This document shows positions 63,139-64,000 of a DNA stretch of 64,000 bases, in pieces (within the stretch, counting starts at the first letter, position 1; each line of letters starts with the position of its first letter). Origin of the DNA: Catajapyx aquilonaris (taxonomy: Eukaryota); contig KZ538102.1 of NCBI GenBank assembly GCA_000934665.2, positions 1-64,000 on the forward strand. The letters run 5' to 3'. The translations under genes and the position numbers were made by a program. A model generated the notes under the pieces. That model did not search any database. It was given only the letters and a program-made list of their open reading frames with translations, and was not told the DNA's origin.

Positions 63139-64000
63139 ATGAACCCTCTCTACACCAGCGAGCTCCTCAAGGCCTGGCTGCGTGACCTGACCCCGACTGC
63201 TTTTGCGGCCTCCCCGTCCCCTTCTTCGTCCGGAACGCCTTGGTCACCCCCGACCGCCCCCGACGTTTTGGTCACCGTGGGCGACAGGGCCTTCCCAGCG
63301 CACAGGTGCGTCCTCAGGGCCCACAGCGGCTTCTTCAAGGCAGCCCTCAGCAATTCAAGCGACCACCACCACGGTGAGTTACCAGTTCTGCCCAATTATG
63401 CACACGGACCACCTTGGTTCACATGTTTCTGTCACCTGGCAGGTGTAAGCAGCTACACCCAGGTTGGCGGCCGTTCATCCCCGTCATCCCCGCCGTCCAA
63501 CGGACAGTCCCCTCCTCCCAACCCATCCAGTCCGCCCCCGGGCCGACCCACCAGCGTGGGGGTACCGCACGTGACCCCCGAGGCATTCTCGCCGCTGCTG
63601 GTCTTCATGTACTCAGGCTGGCTGGAAATCAACGCTGCCTCCGTGTACGGTGTCCTCCTGGCAGCTCAGCTCCTGCACATGCCCCACGCCCTGGAGCTGT
63701 GCCGGGCCTTCCTCCAGGGCGGCCCCAGGGCTCCCTCCCCGCCGCAGCCCCCGCCTCGGCTGGTCAAACCAATCCCCAGTCGCCGGATGCCTCCCCTGCT
63801 GGGCCTCCCCTGGGCCGCCCCTCTGGCTCCCTGGACCCCGTGGCTGGACCCCCCTTCGTATCCCCCTCCTCCTCCGGCACCGTCCTTGTGGACTCCGTTC
63901 CTTCCTCCGAGGCCACCGACACCGTCCCCGCCCTTGCTTCCCCCTCCGCTGCCCCCGCCTCCGCCCCCGCAGCAATCCACCTCGGCGCCCACCCCACCGC
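63139..64000 (+). CDS. BTB/POZ-domain protein, runs off the window (exons 63139-63373 and 63443 onward); not in the ORF track
   Basis: DVLVTVGDRAFPAHRCVLRAHSGFF...VTPEAFSPLLVFMYSGWLEI...VYGVLLAAQLLHM..ALELC; phase-1 intron 63374-63442. Confidence 0.9.
   Translation, partial: MNPLYTSELLKAWLRDLTPTAFAASPSPSSSGTPWSPPTAPDVLVTVGDRAFPAHRCVLRAHSGFFKAALSNSSDHHHGELPVLPNYAHGPPWFTCFCHLAGVSSYTQVGGRSSPSSPPSNGQSPPPNPSSPPPGRPTSVGVPHVTPEAFSPLLVFMYSGWLEINAASVYGVLLAAQLLHMPHALELCRAFLQGGPRAPSPPQPPPRLVKPIPSRRMPPLLGLPWAAPLAPWTPWLDPPSYPPPPPAPSLWTPFLPPRPPTPSPPLLPPPLPPPPPPQQSTSAPTPP

Noticed and set aside
63613..63997. Gly/Arg-rich minus-strand ORFs
   Set aside because: Antisense of the Pro-rich BTB exon

Overview
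Eukaryotic, intron-rich window, most likely from an arthropod (inferred from the SMRTER-type corepressor and short introns). In order: (1) a minus-strand C2H2 zinc-finger gene whose 3' fingers have decayed; (2) a divergent orphan ORF; (3) a TE-dense block of tRNA-SINEs, MITEs and nested TTAA foldback elements, with an assembly gap at 15482-15510; (4) a same-strand tandem array of SEC14-like CRAL-TRIO+GOLD genes, 7 apparently intact and 1 pseudogene (~15.9-40.3 kb); (5) TXNDC17/TRP14; (6) a Pro-rich orphan; (7) a compact Cys/His + AT-hook + transposase-like gene; (8) the 3' part of NCoR/SMRTER on the minus strand; (9) a plus-strand BTB gene apparently nested in an NCoR intron. The most notable observations are a 9x tandem duplication of a splice acceptor in one SEC14 copy, where only the last AG gives full-length protein, a probable domesticated transposase fragment, the BTB gene inside its likely corepressor gene, and different SINEs sharing one 3' tail. 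All gene models were built by eye and no database search was run.
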